A stretch of 64,000 bases of DNA, taken from NCBI GenBank assembly GCA_000320545.1, contig ADNK01003198.1, positions 1-64,000 of the forward strand, written 5' to 3'. The position numbers were made by a program, and so were the translations under genes. Each line of letters begins with the position of its first letter. Position 1 is the first letter of the stretch. Source of the stretch: Bigelowiella natans CCMP2755 (Eukaryota; Protista; Cercozoa). A model generated the notes under the pieces. The model did no database searches, was not told the origin of the DNA, and was given only the letters and a program-made list of their open reading frames with translations. Below are positions 38,065-52,699 of this stretch, in pieces.

Positions 38065-40122
38065 TGCTGCTGATACTACTACTATAATAACTTTACTATC
38101 ACGGCAACAATGATGGGAAAGAAAAAACAATTAAAAGATGATAGCAATACTAAGAGGATACTAAAAGTAGTAGATGAATGAACCAGTACCTCCTCTCCTC
38201 ATCACGTAGTAGTACATGAATGATCCGGTACCTCCTCTCCTTATCACATTGTAGAAAGATATTTCTTACTTTATTTGCAAATATTATGTTTTTTATTAGG
38301 TCAACACGGGTATTGACGGTATTAACATGTATATGGCTACTTCAAAAGTACTTTCGCAGCATTCTCACGGAAAGGTGCGAATTGTGAGTAAGTCAATGAG
38401 TCAGTGAGTCAGTCAGTGAAGGATCATCTGGTCAACAATAGCAAGAGCTACAACAACAGCACCAACTACTACAATAACAACATAAAGTTGATACTCCTCT
38501 TTTGATGGCTACCTCTTGTTCTCGTCCTTGTTGTTTCATTGATAGGGAATTGACGTGATCATTCAAACCGCTGAGGAAGTTATAAGCTATGTTAAGTCGC
38601 ATGGATTGGAGGTTGGTAGTAGTAGTTGTAGTAGTAGTAGTAGTGGTAGTAAGCATAAGAGCGGGGGCGGAGCATAACATTTCGTTTACGATTATAATTA
38701 TTTTCGATTGGTACACTCGTGCAGCAATCATATGTTTAATATAGCATAAATATTTAATATTTCAAAGATCATAATCTTTTACTCTTTTTGTCTTTTCTCA
38801 TTCTCCTCCTCATCCCCACCCCTCACATACTACTACTGCTGCTTCATCGCAGGTTCGATTTTCATGTGAGGACTCTTTCAGATCTGATATGACTGATATA
38901 ATGGCGATTTACAAAGCTATGGATGAGCTTGGTTAATAGTAGCAGTAGAAGTAGTAGTAGTAGTAGTTGTTGTTGTTGTTGTTTTAATTGTAATTATAGC
39001 TGTATTTGTAGTTAGGTCGCAGATGCATTATAGGGGGGGGGGGGGGCAATTGTAGATTGATAGATAGTAAGATAGATCGTATTAGAAGTAGTAGTTGTAG
39101 ATTGATAGATAGTAAGATAGATCGTATTAGTAGTAGTATTAGTAGTAGTAGTAGTAGTAAACATGATGAATAAGACTACTACGACTACTACTACTACTAC
39201 TACTACTACCAGGAGTGGACAGGGTGGGGGTTGCAGATACTGTTGGAATCGCCACTCCCAACCAGGTGTTGTAATATTATTATTATTATTATTATTATTG
39301 AATATAGGAGGCAATAAGAAAATAGGTATATCTGGTAGAAAATGGCTATTATTATTCGTGGTTGATTCATCCATTCTCTTCGTTGGTTGTTATGGTTATG
39401 ATGCTTATTATTTTGATAATTATTAGGTCCGCCATGTGATACAATCGGTTCGTTCTGCCATCAAACCCACCACGGTAAGAGTCAATCATCATCATAGGAA
39501 TCATAATAAGAAGAACAACAAGAATGATAATAATAACAAGAAGAATCCTTTAGACCCACCACCAAAGCAGTAATACTAATCATAATAACAAGTCTTGAAG
39601 GAGAGGAGGAGGAGGAGGAGGAGGAGGAGGGGGAGCAGAGATCACTCATAAAAATAATAAAACCGAAATTGAATGGAAATAAACACTCATCTCTTCATTA
39701 TTCCAATTATTCATTTGCCTCATCATCACCACCATCATCTTATTACAACTATTAAAATTTGTCCTTCTTTCACTTTGTGCTACTACTACAACAACTACTG
39801 CTACAGGGAATTGAGTTCCATACCCATAACGATACGGGTTGCTGTATCGCTAATGTAATAAGATAATAATAGATAAACCATATTTACAACAACAAACAAC
39901 TATATAATTGATTACCATACCAACATGAGGAAGATGCAAATAACGGCATCATCTTTATCATTTTCTTTGTTTCTAATGAAAGAATTTGAGGTGTTAGTTA
40001 TGTGTTAGAAAGAATAAGATGGGTGGTTAATCATATTATTGATGTTGTGTTGCGCCTTACTGTGCTTGTTTGTTGATGAGGGCTATGGTGCTTGTGTCAA
40101 ATTAAAAGATATTAAATAAATA

Positions 40123-40164
<42 letters not shown>

Positions 40165-40232
40165 TCACAAACGAGCAAATATAGTAGACTACTCGTTGGT
40201 TCTGTTGATAAATGTCGTATTTTCATTCTATG

Positions 40233-40271
<39 letters not shown>

Positions 40272-40530
40272 TAGTAGAGAAGAATATAAGAAAGGGTTGT
40301 TCGGTTGTTGTAATTGTTGGTGATGATCAGGCGTTAGAAGCTCTTGAATCAGGGGCAACACACATAGATACATGTGTTCTTGGTACATTGTAGGACAAAC
40401 AACAACAACAACAACAACAACAACTACAACTATTATTACAACATATTTAGCTCCCCCCTAGTTATACGCCGTACATACACAGCAAATAGCAAAGAATGTG
40501 TCATTAAATGAGCAGAGTTATGTTGGTGTG

Positions 40531-40564
<34 letters not shown>

Positions 40565-40566
40565 CA

Positions 40567-40601
<35 letters not shown>

Positions 40602-41058
40602 CTGATAGTGAGTTTGAGCAGTCGGAAGTTTGATTCACCACAACCCAATAATAGTTTATTATAATCGTCATCATCGTCATCATCGTCGGTTTATTTGTTT
40701 CTGATATGCTACAGGCATTGGTGAGCGTAACGGTATCACACCTCTTGGAGGCTTTTTGGCACGCATGTAAGTAGTAGTAGCAGTAGTGGAAAAGAAGAGG
40801 AAAATGAAGATGAAGATGATGATGATGATGATGATGAAAATCAAACGCCCCATCACTGAAGATCTTTTCTTGTATGTATACCAATTTATGTAAGAGTTAA
40901 TATTTATAAGGATAATGCTCAAAATTGTTCTTGCTTATCTTGTATACTACGGTATTCCTCCTCCTCCTCCTCCTCCTCCTCCTCCTCAGGTACACGTGTG
41001 ATAAGGAAATCGTCAAAAAGAAATATGACTTGGAATTATTGCGTCATTTGGAGAAGTA

Positions 41059-41096
<38 letters not shown>

Positions 41097-41503
41097 ATGC
41101 AAAAGAAGATAAGAAGTAGCAGCACTCACACACTCAATACGATAATTGTTGTATATTGATTAGGTATGTCGCGCAACGAGCTCATATTGCAATTCCATTC
41201 AATAATTACATCACTGGATCTTGTGCCTTCACGCACAAAGCAGGGGTATTGGTTTGATTATTATCATCATCAACAACAACCATACCATGATGATAATTAT
41301 GATAATAATGACAATGATGATTAATATGAGAATGATCATAACATATTGTTGCTGTTAAGATCTATCTATTGCAGTTTGTGATGATTTTCCTTCTTCTTCT
41401 TCTTCTTCTTCTTCTTCTTCTTTTTCATGAAACTACAAAAAAGGTTCATTCAAAAGCAGTGATGCAAAATCCAGCAGCGTAATTATTGTTTTCAAACATG
41501 TCG

Positions 41504-41549
<46 letters not shown>

Positions 41550-41719
41550 CTCTACAACCAACACATATGAACAACATGATGAATGGAACAATCAGTCATC
41601 ATCACGATTAGTAGAGCCTCGTCACTTCTATTTACTCCTACTAATGCTACGACAACAACAACTACTACTACAACAACGACATCCTCTTAGTGATTACAAA
41701 AAGAGGTTATGCTAATGAG

Positions 41720-41752
<33 letters not shown>

Positions 41753-42943
41753 AATGTGATGTTTGTTTGTCGTTATATATATATCATCAAATCTTAAGAT
41801 ACGAGGTGTTAGACCCTGCTGATTTTGGAGTTGAGAGGAGGTAGGTGGTAGTAGTAGTAGTAGCGGTATCAATGGTAGTAGTAATCGCCCCCCTCCCCCC
41901 TCTATCTCTCTATTCAACTAATATACATTGACGATTGACGATTCTTTTCTCCCTAGCAGCAGCTATTAGCACCTCTTGTCCTCCTTCTCCTTCTCATGCC
42001 CTCATCCTTTTCTTCCTCTAATTGTTTAGAATTGAGCTCGCACATAGGCTAACGGGATGGAATGCAATGAAGCAAAGATGTCAAGGTGTTGCTTCTACTA
42101 ATTAAAACTACTACCTAATAAAGAGCTATTCCTATTCTTTCAATATGTCCTCATTTAAAGCTCTATTTCTTGAAATATCAGATCTAGGGGTTCAAATATC
42201 AGATGATCAGCTTAAAGTCGCTACGGTAGTAATATCAACAAGAACAAGAACAAGAAGGAAGAGACCATCAATTGATATCAATAAATTGTCTAATACTCTT
42301 TGCATATCTCAGTGAACATCAATTATTATTAATCATTACAACCAACCAGGTTATGATTAAGGACCTTTCAGATGAACGTACAATAGGATTGGAAGAATTA
42401 GATAAAATTCTCATTTCTCTTTGTCAAAAGGTAGGTATGCGTGCATGCATGTATGCATGTGTGTATTGTCGTTTGTGTAATGAGGAGGATAAAGATACGT
42501 ACATAACTGCTTTATTAATTAGTGATGATGATTATATGTTGGTACTACTACTACTACTACTATTTTACCATACATATTAATATTATCTATTATTTTGCCA
42601 TCTGCAATGTGCCTGCAAATGGCCAACAATACCACCAATAAGTAGTAGTCTAGTACTAATACTCTGGTGGTCATCATATTATTATACATATTATAATGTT
42701 CCTGTTTGATATGATGCTGCTGCTGCTGCTGCTGCTGCTGCATATTTGCACAGAGTGAACCTGAAACTGCTTTCATCACCTGGGGAGGAGCATCCGAGGT
42801 GGTGGTGGTGGTGATCGATAAGAAGAATAGAAAGGGGGGGGGGGGGAGGCTTGAATGATTTCCAATACTATCGTCATAGTGTCGTTGATATTGTTATAAT
42901 TAGGTGTTGTAAGTAGTTCTTTACAGTAGTTGTAGTGATGATT

Positions 42944-43002
<59 letters not shown>

Positions 43003-44250
43003 TAATATTGTGATGCAGTATTCGTGTAATTAAATTATCGCTGATAATCCATCACCTAATGGCTGCTGTGACATCGTTTGAAGAAAGACTAATTAAGTTC
43101 CTACTACTACTATGATAATAGAGTAACAGCGATGGTCACGAACACAAAGCAGAATTCTATAGGTATCTTAGAATAATACACACATATGCAGAGTTCGTTC
43201 GATAGCCATCTTAGATTAATACACACCACACATATGCTGCTCGTATGTACGTATGTGCGTGTGTGTGTGTGTGTGTGGTTATGAGCTTCCTCTTCAGCAG
43301 CATCATCAGCATCTATCTAAGTAGCAAGCATCAATCTTGATAGGAGGAAAACACTCTCTGCTATTGAATCTCTTGACAATCCTGAAGAAGATGACTCTCC
43401 CTTCGCTACCTATTGTTTCTCTGGACATCTTTTTGATAAAGCGGTAATAATGATAAGTAAGTAGTGATACACAGTGGATTATCATCATGATATAACAACA
43501 CCATCCAATTCCCCCCCCCCCCTCCCACCCCTCTCTCTCTCTCTCCTTCCTCTCCATCTTTATTACCGCATACAACTAGATTTTTCAATGATTTTGCGTA
43601 TAAAGAAGCATATTAATCGTTACTCCGATGTTGCTACTTGCTACTGTTTTGTTGTCGATTCTGTTCTCGTCATTGTTAGATTCTTAACCGCATTTTGGAT
43701 CTTGCAGTTGATAGGTACTATATCGATTCTGAGAGAAATAGTAGTAGCAATACGAGTAGGAGGAGGAAGTGGGAGATGGGTTGAATACTAATAAATGTTA
43801 AAAAGAATGTTGTTCCCCATAATAATAAGTAATACGCATTGTCCCTCTCTCTCTTTCTCTCTCTTTCTCTCTCTTTCTCTCTCTTTCTCTCTATCACCGT
43901 ATAGCCCTGTGGCCTTCAAGGTGCTAAAATTGGATGTGCCAAACGATAACTCCAAGGAATCAAGGGCTATTATTAAGGTGATGACCACCTGATTAGTAAC
44001 AGTTATTTGGGGGGATGAGGGGAGGGGGGCAGAGGTTTGTTGAATCAAAAGTGTAATGCAATGGAAGTAGTAGTAAGAGTAGTAGTATAGATAGCACAAG
44101 TCGTTTAAACAAAAACTTTTCAATAAACAAGTTGTACTGATGGGGAGACTATCATTTGTTTTCCTAATTATCACCTTCAAAAATAATTCTCTTTTATGAA
44201 TCATAATATGTGAGTTTTAATCAACCGGTTGCACTGCATTATCGGTTGGA

Positions 44251-44289
<39 letters not shown>

Positions 44290-44624
44290 CAAATATATTC
44301 AAGATGATAGCTTACAGTATCTAATAAGAAATTAAGAACGCAGCAAATCTTACTTACAACAATATTAAAATTGATTATACTCAAGGTTATTGGAGAGATA
44401 AATGATATTGAGATCTTGAGGCAAAAATACGAGAATCTGGTATTATTATTATTATTATTCGAATAAGCATCATCCATTCAATCTGTTGCTTCTTACGTGC
44501 CAATTGCACTTATGATTTATAGTACTACGATTAAGTCTTCTTCTATCTGTTTTTTGTGTAGCTCTTGACACTTACCGGTGTGGCGGATACTGAAATGGAA
44601 GAAATAGAACGATCTGAATGGTGA
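36321..44624 (+). CDS. Homocitrate synthase (fungal LYS20/LYS21 type) with a putative mitochondrial presequence and a C-terminal LOR/SDH-interdomain-like extension; more than 20 exons
   Basis: Exons give [120 protein letters not shown] and RLTGWNA. The N-terminus is Arg/Ser/Leu-rich and acid-poor. Stop TGA at 44622-44624. Confidence 0.92.
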
Positions 44625-44919
44625 TGATGATCAAGTTTCTTAATTCGAAAATAGATCAGCATAACCAGTACTACCACAGAAAACACCACCACCACCAAAG
44701 TATGCGATACATTGCGCAACAAGTAAAGATTACTTACTCTCACAAATAAGTGCGCTTATTTGCTTCGTGTTGTCTTCATTGGTATTTCTTGAGCGTCGAT
44801 CATCTCCGGTGCACTTGCTCACTCCAAACGGGTTAATTTGTGGGTAGAAAAACAAGTGCATAAGTAAGAGAGACGTAGAATGCAACAACGCATATCATTG
44901 TCTGCTACTATACCTGAAT

Positions 44920-45850
44920 GACATAGCTCTAGAGCTACATGCTGTGCTGTACATGTGCGTGCTAGCTAGCGTGCACATGTTGCTCATTGTTCTTGCCACT
45001 TGCACACACATCATGGTGAAACAATGTAGCGTTAGCTTGCGCTTTTGGGATTTGGCAATAAAATAGAAGGGTGAAACAGCAGCCAAGTATGTGCATTGCA
45101 TCATCTAGTCATTGTTGCCGCGCTTCACTTGTTCAAGCAAAATAGCAGGAAGCAGCCACTTTTGATGAGTCATTTTTGCTCAGCGAAATTTGTACGTTAT
45201 ATAACGTACGTAGCTAGTCAGATACACGTGCACATCAATGCAAGCCAAATTTGACGTTGCGCTACCAAATAAATGCACTAGCACACATGCAAATGCCCAC
45301 ATGCCCACACAGCTAGCTGGGCCACCAGCTGTCTAGCCATGGCCGGCAAGCATGTGGGAATGATGAGAACAGCGCGCATCACAGCAAATCGAAGAAAGGT
45401 CGAAATCACAGGTAGGCTTTCAGCTTTTTTAGTTTTGCTAGACGCCTTTTGGACAGATCTTGAGATCGACATGTGTGCAGCTAGAAAGCTTTGAATTGAT
45501 GGCGGATCGACCCCAAGCGAGACCATCTCAGCATCTAGCCATCTGCTAGCCATGCTAGCATGCATTTCTCGACTTCCAATCTCCTCTCGCGACATCGATG
45601 ATGATGCTGAAGGAAAAAATCACAATATGTGGTTTTCCATTATTGCCACACACAGAGCGAGAGAGTACCAGCATGCATGGAGCAGGCTAGCAGGTTTTGA
45701 GATGCCAATCTGACATTAGGGTTGCATGTGATGTTTACACGTACGTTGTTGCTGCGCCCATTGAAGTTATTGCAAGGTTTGACGTCATACATGCATTGTG
45801 TGGCGCTTGCTGTCCGCCGCATGCATGCACATACCTGCTCAATGCTATCG
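44920..45850. other. TpA-depleted, CTAG-retaining tract in a convergent intergenic spacer
   Basis: In 45278-45625 I count 10 TA dinucleotides, all followed by G, 8 of them in CTAG. Confidence 0.8.
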
Positions 45851-46072
45851 GCTGTTGTGACACATGATGATGATGATAATGATGATGATGATGATGCATA
45901 ACTCTCTACACATTTTTCAATGTGAAAATCAGTGTAACACTTAAAATTTCATGCCACCCACGCTTGGTCTAGACAAACAAAATCACGACACTTTGACGTT
46001 TCAACTGTAATGCTCTCCCCATAATCTTGTCTGAGATTCCGCAACGTACACTGAACCAATTCAACTGGAACA

Positions 46073-49000
46073 TTAAAACTTGAACTTGGATTTTTTTTTC
46101 GTTTTTTGCTTTCGCTTCCTTTGTTCCTCCGCAATGACATCGCTGACGTCTTCTCGAGATTGCATCCGTTCGTCTTTTTCCTTCTGAACTTGTTCTTGAT
46201 ATTTGCTCTTCAAGGCTTCTGCGCTCATATTTGCCATCTCTTCTGGAGTCAAAGCAACCTCCACCTAGCATTATGATGAGATATTAACGGACAAATAATG
46301 ACTACATGAGAAGGTACAATAACTATTGGTTCATGGTTAATTCCATTCAACATGTGTGAGTGAGTGAGTGAGTGTTTTGGAAAAATGAGTTATTATTTAG
46401 TTGTTACCGCTCCTTGCTTGAGTTTCTTGGCCTCTCTGGCTTTTCGTTCCAATTGTGTAGTTTCCGAACTTGCTGCAGTTGCTGCAGCTGCCGGCATGAC
46501 GTAAGTATGTGAAGAAGTCAATAACGATGATCCTGAAACACCAGTCTTCTTCTCCTCCAGAACCTGGTACAACTGTTTTGGGGGTTGCACGGTGTCTGGT
46601 GTCTCAGTACCAGTTCCATCCTTCTTTCGCAGTTGAATATTTTCTGGGGTCACCATACCGCTGGAAAGGGATGAAACAGACTCGATACCTAGAGATAATG
46701 TTAAATAATATCATAAGTTCAGAAGAAATAATGATTGAGAGTAGCAGCGTTATGAAAAGAGTCAAAAGAGTCGTGGAAATTGACTAAGCACTTCCTCCAT
46801 AAAGAAAGTTGTTATCTCTTCAACCGTCATGTCTTTCCTTACATCACTAACCACAGCACATACAACCGCCAAGATGCCACTATATCAGTCTCTTGGTAAC
46901 CTGATTTCATATCCGAATCGCTTGTTTCCAGCATACTGTCATCAGCGACTTCACCCATATCGTCGTCGTCATCATCTTCCTCTTCTTCGTCTTCGTCATC
47001 ATCTTCCTCTTCCTCTTCATCTTCAACTGTACCCCATTGCTCCTTGAATGTTTCATCCACTGGATACATATCAGCGTCCTTGGTTTGGGTTCCATACACA
47101 TCACCGTAAAGTGGCATGTTGTATGCATCGACAGGGGCCTTTCCTACAGGTGGCAGCATAGAAAGAAAGAAGAAGAAAAACAACATAGAAAAGAAAACAA
47201 AAAATGGAAAGAAGATGAAATGCTACATGTACATTGTAATTAAAAAAGTAATGCTGATACAGAAAGAAACACCTGTTTTTTGCCTCGCTCTTACTTTTAG
47301 TTAATATGAGCCTACCTTTTATAACTACTAACTTCTATATATTATAATATTTTGAGCTACTACCCCATTGTCCTTCTCCAAACCCATACGATGCGCCTGG
47401 GGGGATAGGTGCATTCACTCCAGGAAATTTGAGGTTTGGATATGACGGAGGAGGTCCGAACCTAAGTAGGAGTAGGAGTAGTAGCAGTAGTAGTAGTAGT
47501 GATGTTGTTGCTGCTTTGAATATGATTGCAAGAGCCATAATAAGGGTCTGCAGAAATTTCTGAAAATTTAGTTTGTGTATGACGTAGAAGTACCTTTGCA
47601 TGTTGAATAACCATGGGGTGGGGTCGGTACGAGTTGTCATACCCAAAGCCTTTAGAAGTTCATCTGAATACTCTGTTGGAGCCACACTGCTGAATCTGAC
47701 TTCATACTCCTGTTTTAAAATACAAATGTGTTTCTCATGAGAGGCGAACGACACAGTTTGTATTCTTCTCTGGTGGATGGATCATAAAAGAATGAATTGG
47801 TGAAAACACTAGGAATATTTGCAATGTCACAGTATTAGGGTACGGCATTGACCTTTCCCTCATAGTAAAGGTCACCATGCCCTGTGCAGTTGGGTTTGGT
47901 TTGGTGTCTGAAGAAGGCATCGTGAAGGATCTGGACCACAACAGCAAAAAAGAAGGCGAAAAAAGAAAATAGAAGCAATCAGACATCAACCAAATGGTGG
48001 GCAACTGGGGGAAAATTAAGTTCGCAACAATCTTTGGTTCGAAGAAGTCGTCTTAGTGTATTGAGCCACCAAATCATACGAATTACCCACCTGATAATCT
48101 ATATCAATCTTTCCCATCTTTGGCTGCATTCGTTCTTTTTGTCTCCCCCTTAAGCCTTTGCCATCGTTTGCTGCGGAATCGAGGTTTCTTACCTCTCCAA
48201 TTCCTATCAATGAACCATAAGGTGAGAACAATGGGTATTACCGCAACTTCTCTACCTATCATTTTTACCTGTATCTGCGATGAATTGCGGCAACTCGAAG
48301 CCAGAACGCTCTAAACCTCGTTTTCCTTGAAGGTATTTTCGTTTTTGACACCTGAAACGTATCACCACATACATACATAGATACATACATACATACTTTA
48401 GAGGTAAGTAGTGCCGGTCTTGACTGCTAACCGTCTCTTCTGACAACACATGCAGCATGATTCATAAAACTGGTTCTAGTGGTTATGTGTTATGTATGAA
48501 CATGCAGTAGTATAGACCACGACGCAACTATGAAGACTTTACACCCTTCACATTGCAATAATCTGACATATTCTAACTACGAATTTTGCCAGCAACGCGA
48601 CGAAGTTCAACGTAACAGTAGTTACTATTTTCAGCTCAAAATGTTGCCCGTATCATCTGATTCCTACTGACCCTATTGACATCTAAATTACCAGTGAGAG
48701 GGAACAGGTACAGTATTTCGGTAAGACTTCATATGCACCAATAACTTCGGATCATGTGAGTTGCAGTCGTGTAGACCAACAACATCAGGTCGGGGGACTA
48801 ATTGCTTCAATTCAGCAATACTCAACCTAATTACATTATCGGAGCAGGCGCTCGAATTCTCAGTCAACTTTTCATTCTATAAATACTCAGTTACCTCCCT
48901 AGTTTCCGCCTTTGCTTTGCGGAAAGTTTTTTGTAGTTCTCTTCCTCCATTATCTCCTGCTCAGTTTTTGTTTCGTTGCTCTTCTCGCCATTTTCTTTCC

Positions 49001-49762
49001 CTTGCTGATTCTTTTCTTGTTTCTTGCTTTCCTAAAACCAATACAATGCAAATTAATTTTAGATCCATCCCAAATCAACACCATGAAAGTACACACACAC
49101 ACACACACACCAACCTTCTTCATTAAGTCAGCAGGAGTACTGAATTTAGAAAGGATTTCTTTGAACTAATTTATAAGCAAATTAAGGGATTTGGATATCA
49201 ATAGAAGCAGCTTTGGGTGATAATCTATTAGTAATTAAAAACTACCTCGTTATATTCAGGAGCTGAAGGAGTCAATTTGGCAAAGTCATCTCCAGCAACA
49301 AACTCTATTTGGCTACTACTTTTTTCACCCTAATATTTATGGTGATCAATGCTTATTCAAAATGAAGAGGACGACAGTAAAGGACGATCATGGTGGCGAT
49401 GATAATCGAGAAATCATATTGCGCTTCGAAAGCGAGTGCAAATTTTGCAAAATGTTGGCTAAAAAGACCACCTTGGTAGATTCGTCGCCTTCATTCCGTT
49501 CTCTTAATTTCCTAAGTTTCTCGATTATCTTTTTCTCCTCGTGCTTGAGCTAAATAGGTCATCGAATATATGTTGGCGTCTATTTATTGCCACAAATCGC
49601 AACATATTACTACCTTCTTCTTCTGAGCCTTTTTCCGCGCCCTTCGTTGAGCACGTTTGCTCATTCCTATTTTGTTGATATCAATTATAAAAATTCAAGT
49701 ACGCGACCATTTCTTGCCTACCGACCATTTTTCTTAATTCCGTTTGGAATTTCCTTTGCCAT
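46073..49762 (-). CDS. SF3B2: Splicing factor 3B subunit 2 (SAP145/Cus1), multi-exon
   Basis: LSIAELKQLVPRPDVV, DPKLLVHMKSYRNTVPVPSHWCQKRKYLQGKRG, QPKMGKIDIDYQ, HGDLYYEGKE, PWLFNMQRFGPPPSYPNLKFPGVNAPIPPGASYG, PLYGDVYG; C-terminal KKKSKFKF-TAA. Confidence 0.95.
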
Positions 49763-50102
49763 GCTGTTCAATATACGCTTCCGCGCCTTCAAAATTCTTT
49801 TCTTGAAGTTACGTTGCTATGCCGAAGCTCGGTGAGGGTGGCGCTACGCAAGTCTGCCTCCACGGCCTCTCGAAAGCTGGAATCACAACGAGCAAGAATT
49901 CATTCGGATTCCTTCTCGGAACTTCCATATTTAAGTAAAATACAGGTCATTTTATGGAATATCTGATTTTAGAAGGGATTACGGTGTTACGGCATTGGAT
50001 TGAGTCCCTTTCTCGGCTCATTGCGTGACAAGCATTCACCTGCCCCTGTTACACGCGTGGTTGCCTAGTCAGTGTGAAGCTGGGAAGGACAGCAGGGGGG
50101 AG

Positions 50103-50589
50103 ATGGGAAAGCTCACGAAAGGAGCTTCAAGAGTCCTAAATCTCAATAAAAAAAGTGTCACTGATCTCCTAAAGCAAGGTCCATCTAACTACAAACATTC
50201 GTGTTACTGCTCTCATTCGACACCTCACATCAGCTGCTGGAAGGGATGGCGGACCAAATGGAGTTTGCATGAGAGAATCTCTCGCTCTAATGGCGTGCAT
50301 GTAATCATCTTTTCGTTTAAAATCCATACAGATCAATAAGATTAATTGTTCAAATGACAATCTGCATATTACTCTTCGTAGAGACGGTGCGGCAGATGTG
50401 CCGTCGCAGTGCAGACAGCACATTCAAGCCCTCTCCCGTTGTCAAAAAACTGCCCTCCAAGAGGTCACTATTACATCAAGTTTGCAATCTATCCTCTGAT
50501 ATATACGTTCTAACCCAAAATAGAAAAACTTACGGACGAAAGTGAGGAAGTCGATGATATTCCAAATTTTGAAAAAGCAATGGGATTAA
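50103..50589 (+). CDS. Small twin-CX9C (CHCH) mitochondrial protein, resembling mitoribosomal mS37/CHCHD1; 4 exons
   Basis: Spliced product MGKLTKGASRVLNLNKKSVTDLLKQ-AAGRDGGPNGVCMRESLALMACI-DGAADVPSQCRQHIQALSRCQKTALQE-KNLRTKVRKSMIFQILKKQWD*. Two exact CX9C motifs, all junctions in phase. Confidence 0.75.
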
Positions 50590-50689
50590 CTGTGATTTCA
50601 CGCCATACGGCTCTTCGTCGTTGCATCACCCTGTTTACTAATGTCTTCGAAAAATCCGTTGCAGCCGTAGTCCACACATCCATTGTGCT

Positions 50690-51720
50690 AGTGTGCACAA
50701 GCTAACTAGCTGTCGTTTTGCGTCGCATGCCTAGATCTAGAGATGCTACGACGCGCATTGTGTGCAATGGGGCGTTATTATGTACGTCGTGCCATGTGTG
50801 TCTGTTGTTATACTTTCATATGTGTAGATCTACGATGTGTCTGTGCATGCACGCGCATCTCTAGATCTATATATACCAGTGTACTAGTGTAAAGCTAATG
50901 GGCGTCTCTAGCTAGCGCAGGGCTAGAGGGCTTGAGTATAACACCACACACCAACCACTGATAATACTAGCATATCACACCTAGATACGCTATGACGCAC
51001 AAGTGCACGCGCACACGCATCGTATGCTTCGCTATATAGTAGTTCATGTGATGCACTATGTACATCGTATATAGTACATCAACCGTCTAGATATGTGGCC
51101 TGCCCTAGCTGCTAGCGTGTCGATCTGCACTAGCTTGTAGTAGCATAGAGCTAGATCTAGAGAGAGCTCATGCTACCTAGCTACGACGCTGAATCTATAA
51201 GTCTAGAGATGGTAGGTTTTTTTTTTTTGCCATGCTAGCATGCACGTAGTTGCAACATTCATGTACACACACACACACACACACACAGCAGTATCTAGCT
51301 AGCTAGCATCGTCAGTCGATCGCAACATGTCGCACTTTACAGCTGCTAGCGCTTAGCGTGTCTTGACATCGTATGTACCACAGACACAGTATGTATGACA
51401 TGTGTAATATATGCGATATGTGCATATATTACACACATGTACAGTGCATATTTACGATACAGACATCATCGTACATGCACATATGTACATGATGTGTACG
51501 CATGTCCATTGCATCTGTGCTAGTAGTGCTTGTGCGCTGGTCTAGCAGCTAGCTATGGCTAGTGGTGGTGAAAAGCGTTACGTATCCACTACATCTGGCT
51601 AGCTGGCTAGCTACAGTACGTGCGATGCGCATGCTGTGCCAACCAATATGCTATGAGGATTGTATTGATGAGCGCTACTTAGAGATACGATCGAACGTGC
51701 ATGCGGGGTCAGTAGTATGT
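50690..51720. other. CTAG/CATG/TGCA/alternating purine-pyrimidine tract in a convergent intergenic spacer
   Basis: CTAGATCTAGAG, TCTAGCTAGCTAGC, GTACATGCACATATGTACATG and similar, between the CHCH and ABHD17 3' ends. Confidence 0.8.
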
Positions 51721-51887
51721 CTGTGCATCCGCGCTGCATGAGATACATGTATGTATACAAGTGTATGTCTGAAATAAGTCTGTGTTACTTGACACATTTA
51801 TTTATGCCATGCATATACATGTGTACGCATGGCAGAGTCATAACCATTCACGCGTCTATCACAGTAAAACTAATCTTATATCTTAGC

Positions 51888-51927
<40 letters not shown>

Positions 51928-52062
51928 GTATCGTTAATTTAAAGATAACATCTTCCAACTAAGTAGAAATCTTCTTAGTGGCAACAACAGAGATCCAACA
52001 TATATACGCCATAATGCAGATGTACGTACTAAATATGCAAGGTCTCTGGTCTACAGTCGTCT

Positions 52063-52599
52063 CTAGCTCTTCCGATCTATTGGGAGAACCTGATCTTGTA
52101 TTACTACTTTCTCATTTTCCCTTTTTGGTGTCATCGTTCCGGAAGATTCTTTCTTTTCTCCTCCTCCAACCTCATTTAAAAAGTTCTGAGGCACACAGTT
52201 AATGAATTGATGTATATGTAAGTAAGTTCTGAGGCACACAGTTAATGAATTGATGTATATGTAGTAAAAAGTAAATAGATATTGCAAACAACTAGGTTCT
52301 TTCTTTTCTGTTGTTGTCTCCTTCCAATGTCAAACAAACCTTTAATTTTTGGAAATATAATCCACGGGTTTGAAACTCAATGTCATTATGTCCACCACCA
52401 TCAACCCACCTAAAATGATGATGATTCAGTCAATGTTATGTTATGTAAGCAGCAGCGAATCCAAAAAAGCTGCTCACATGACACACGAAAGTTTGCGACA
52501 GATTGAGTAGTAGTAAATCGTACCATAGCTTACAAATAAATGCATTGTTGAAAAACAAAACCAAAAATATGTGCAGGTACATCTTTATTCTCTCTCTTT

Positions 52600-52636
<37 letters not shown>

Positions 52637-52657
52637 CACACACACACACACACACAC

Positions 52658-52699
<42 letters not shown>

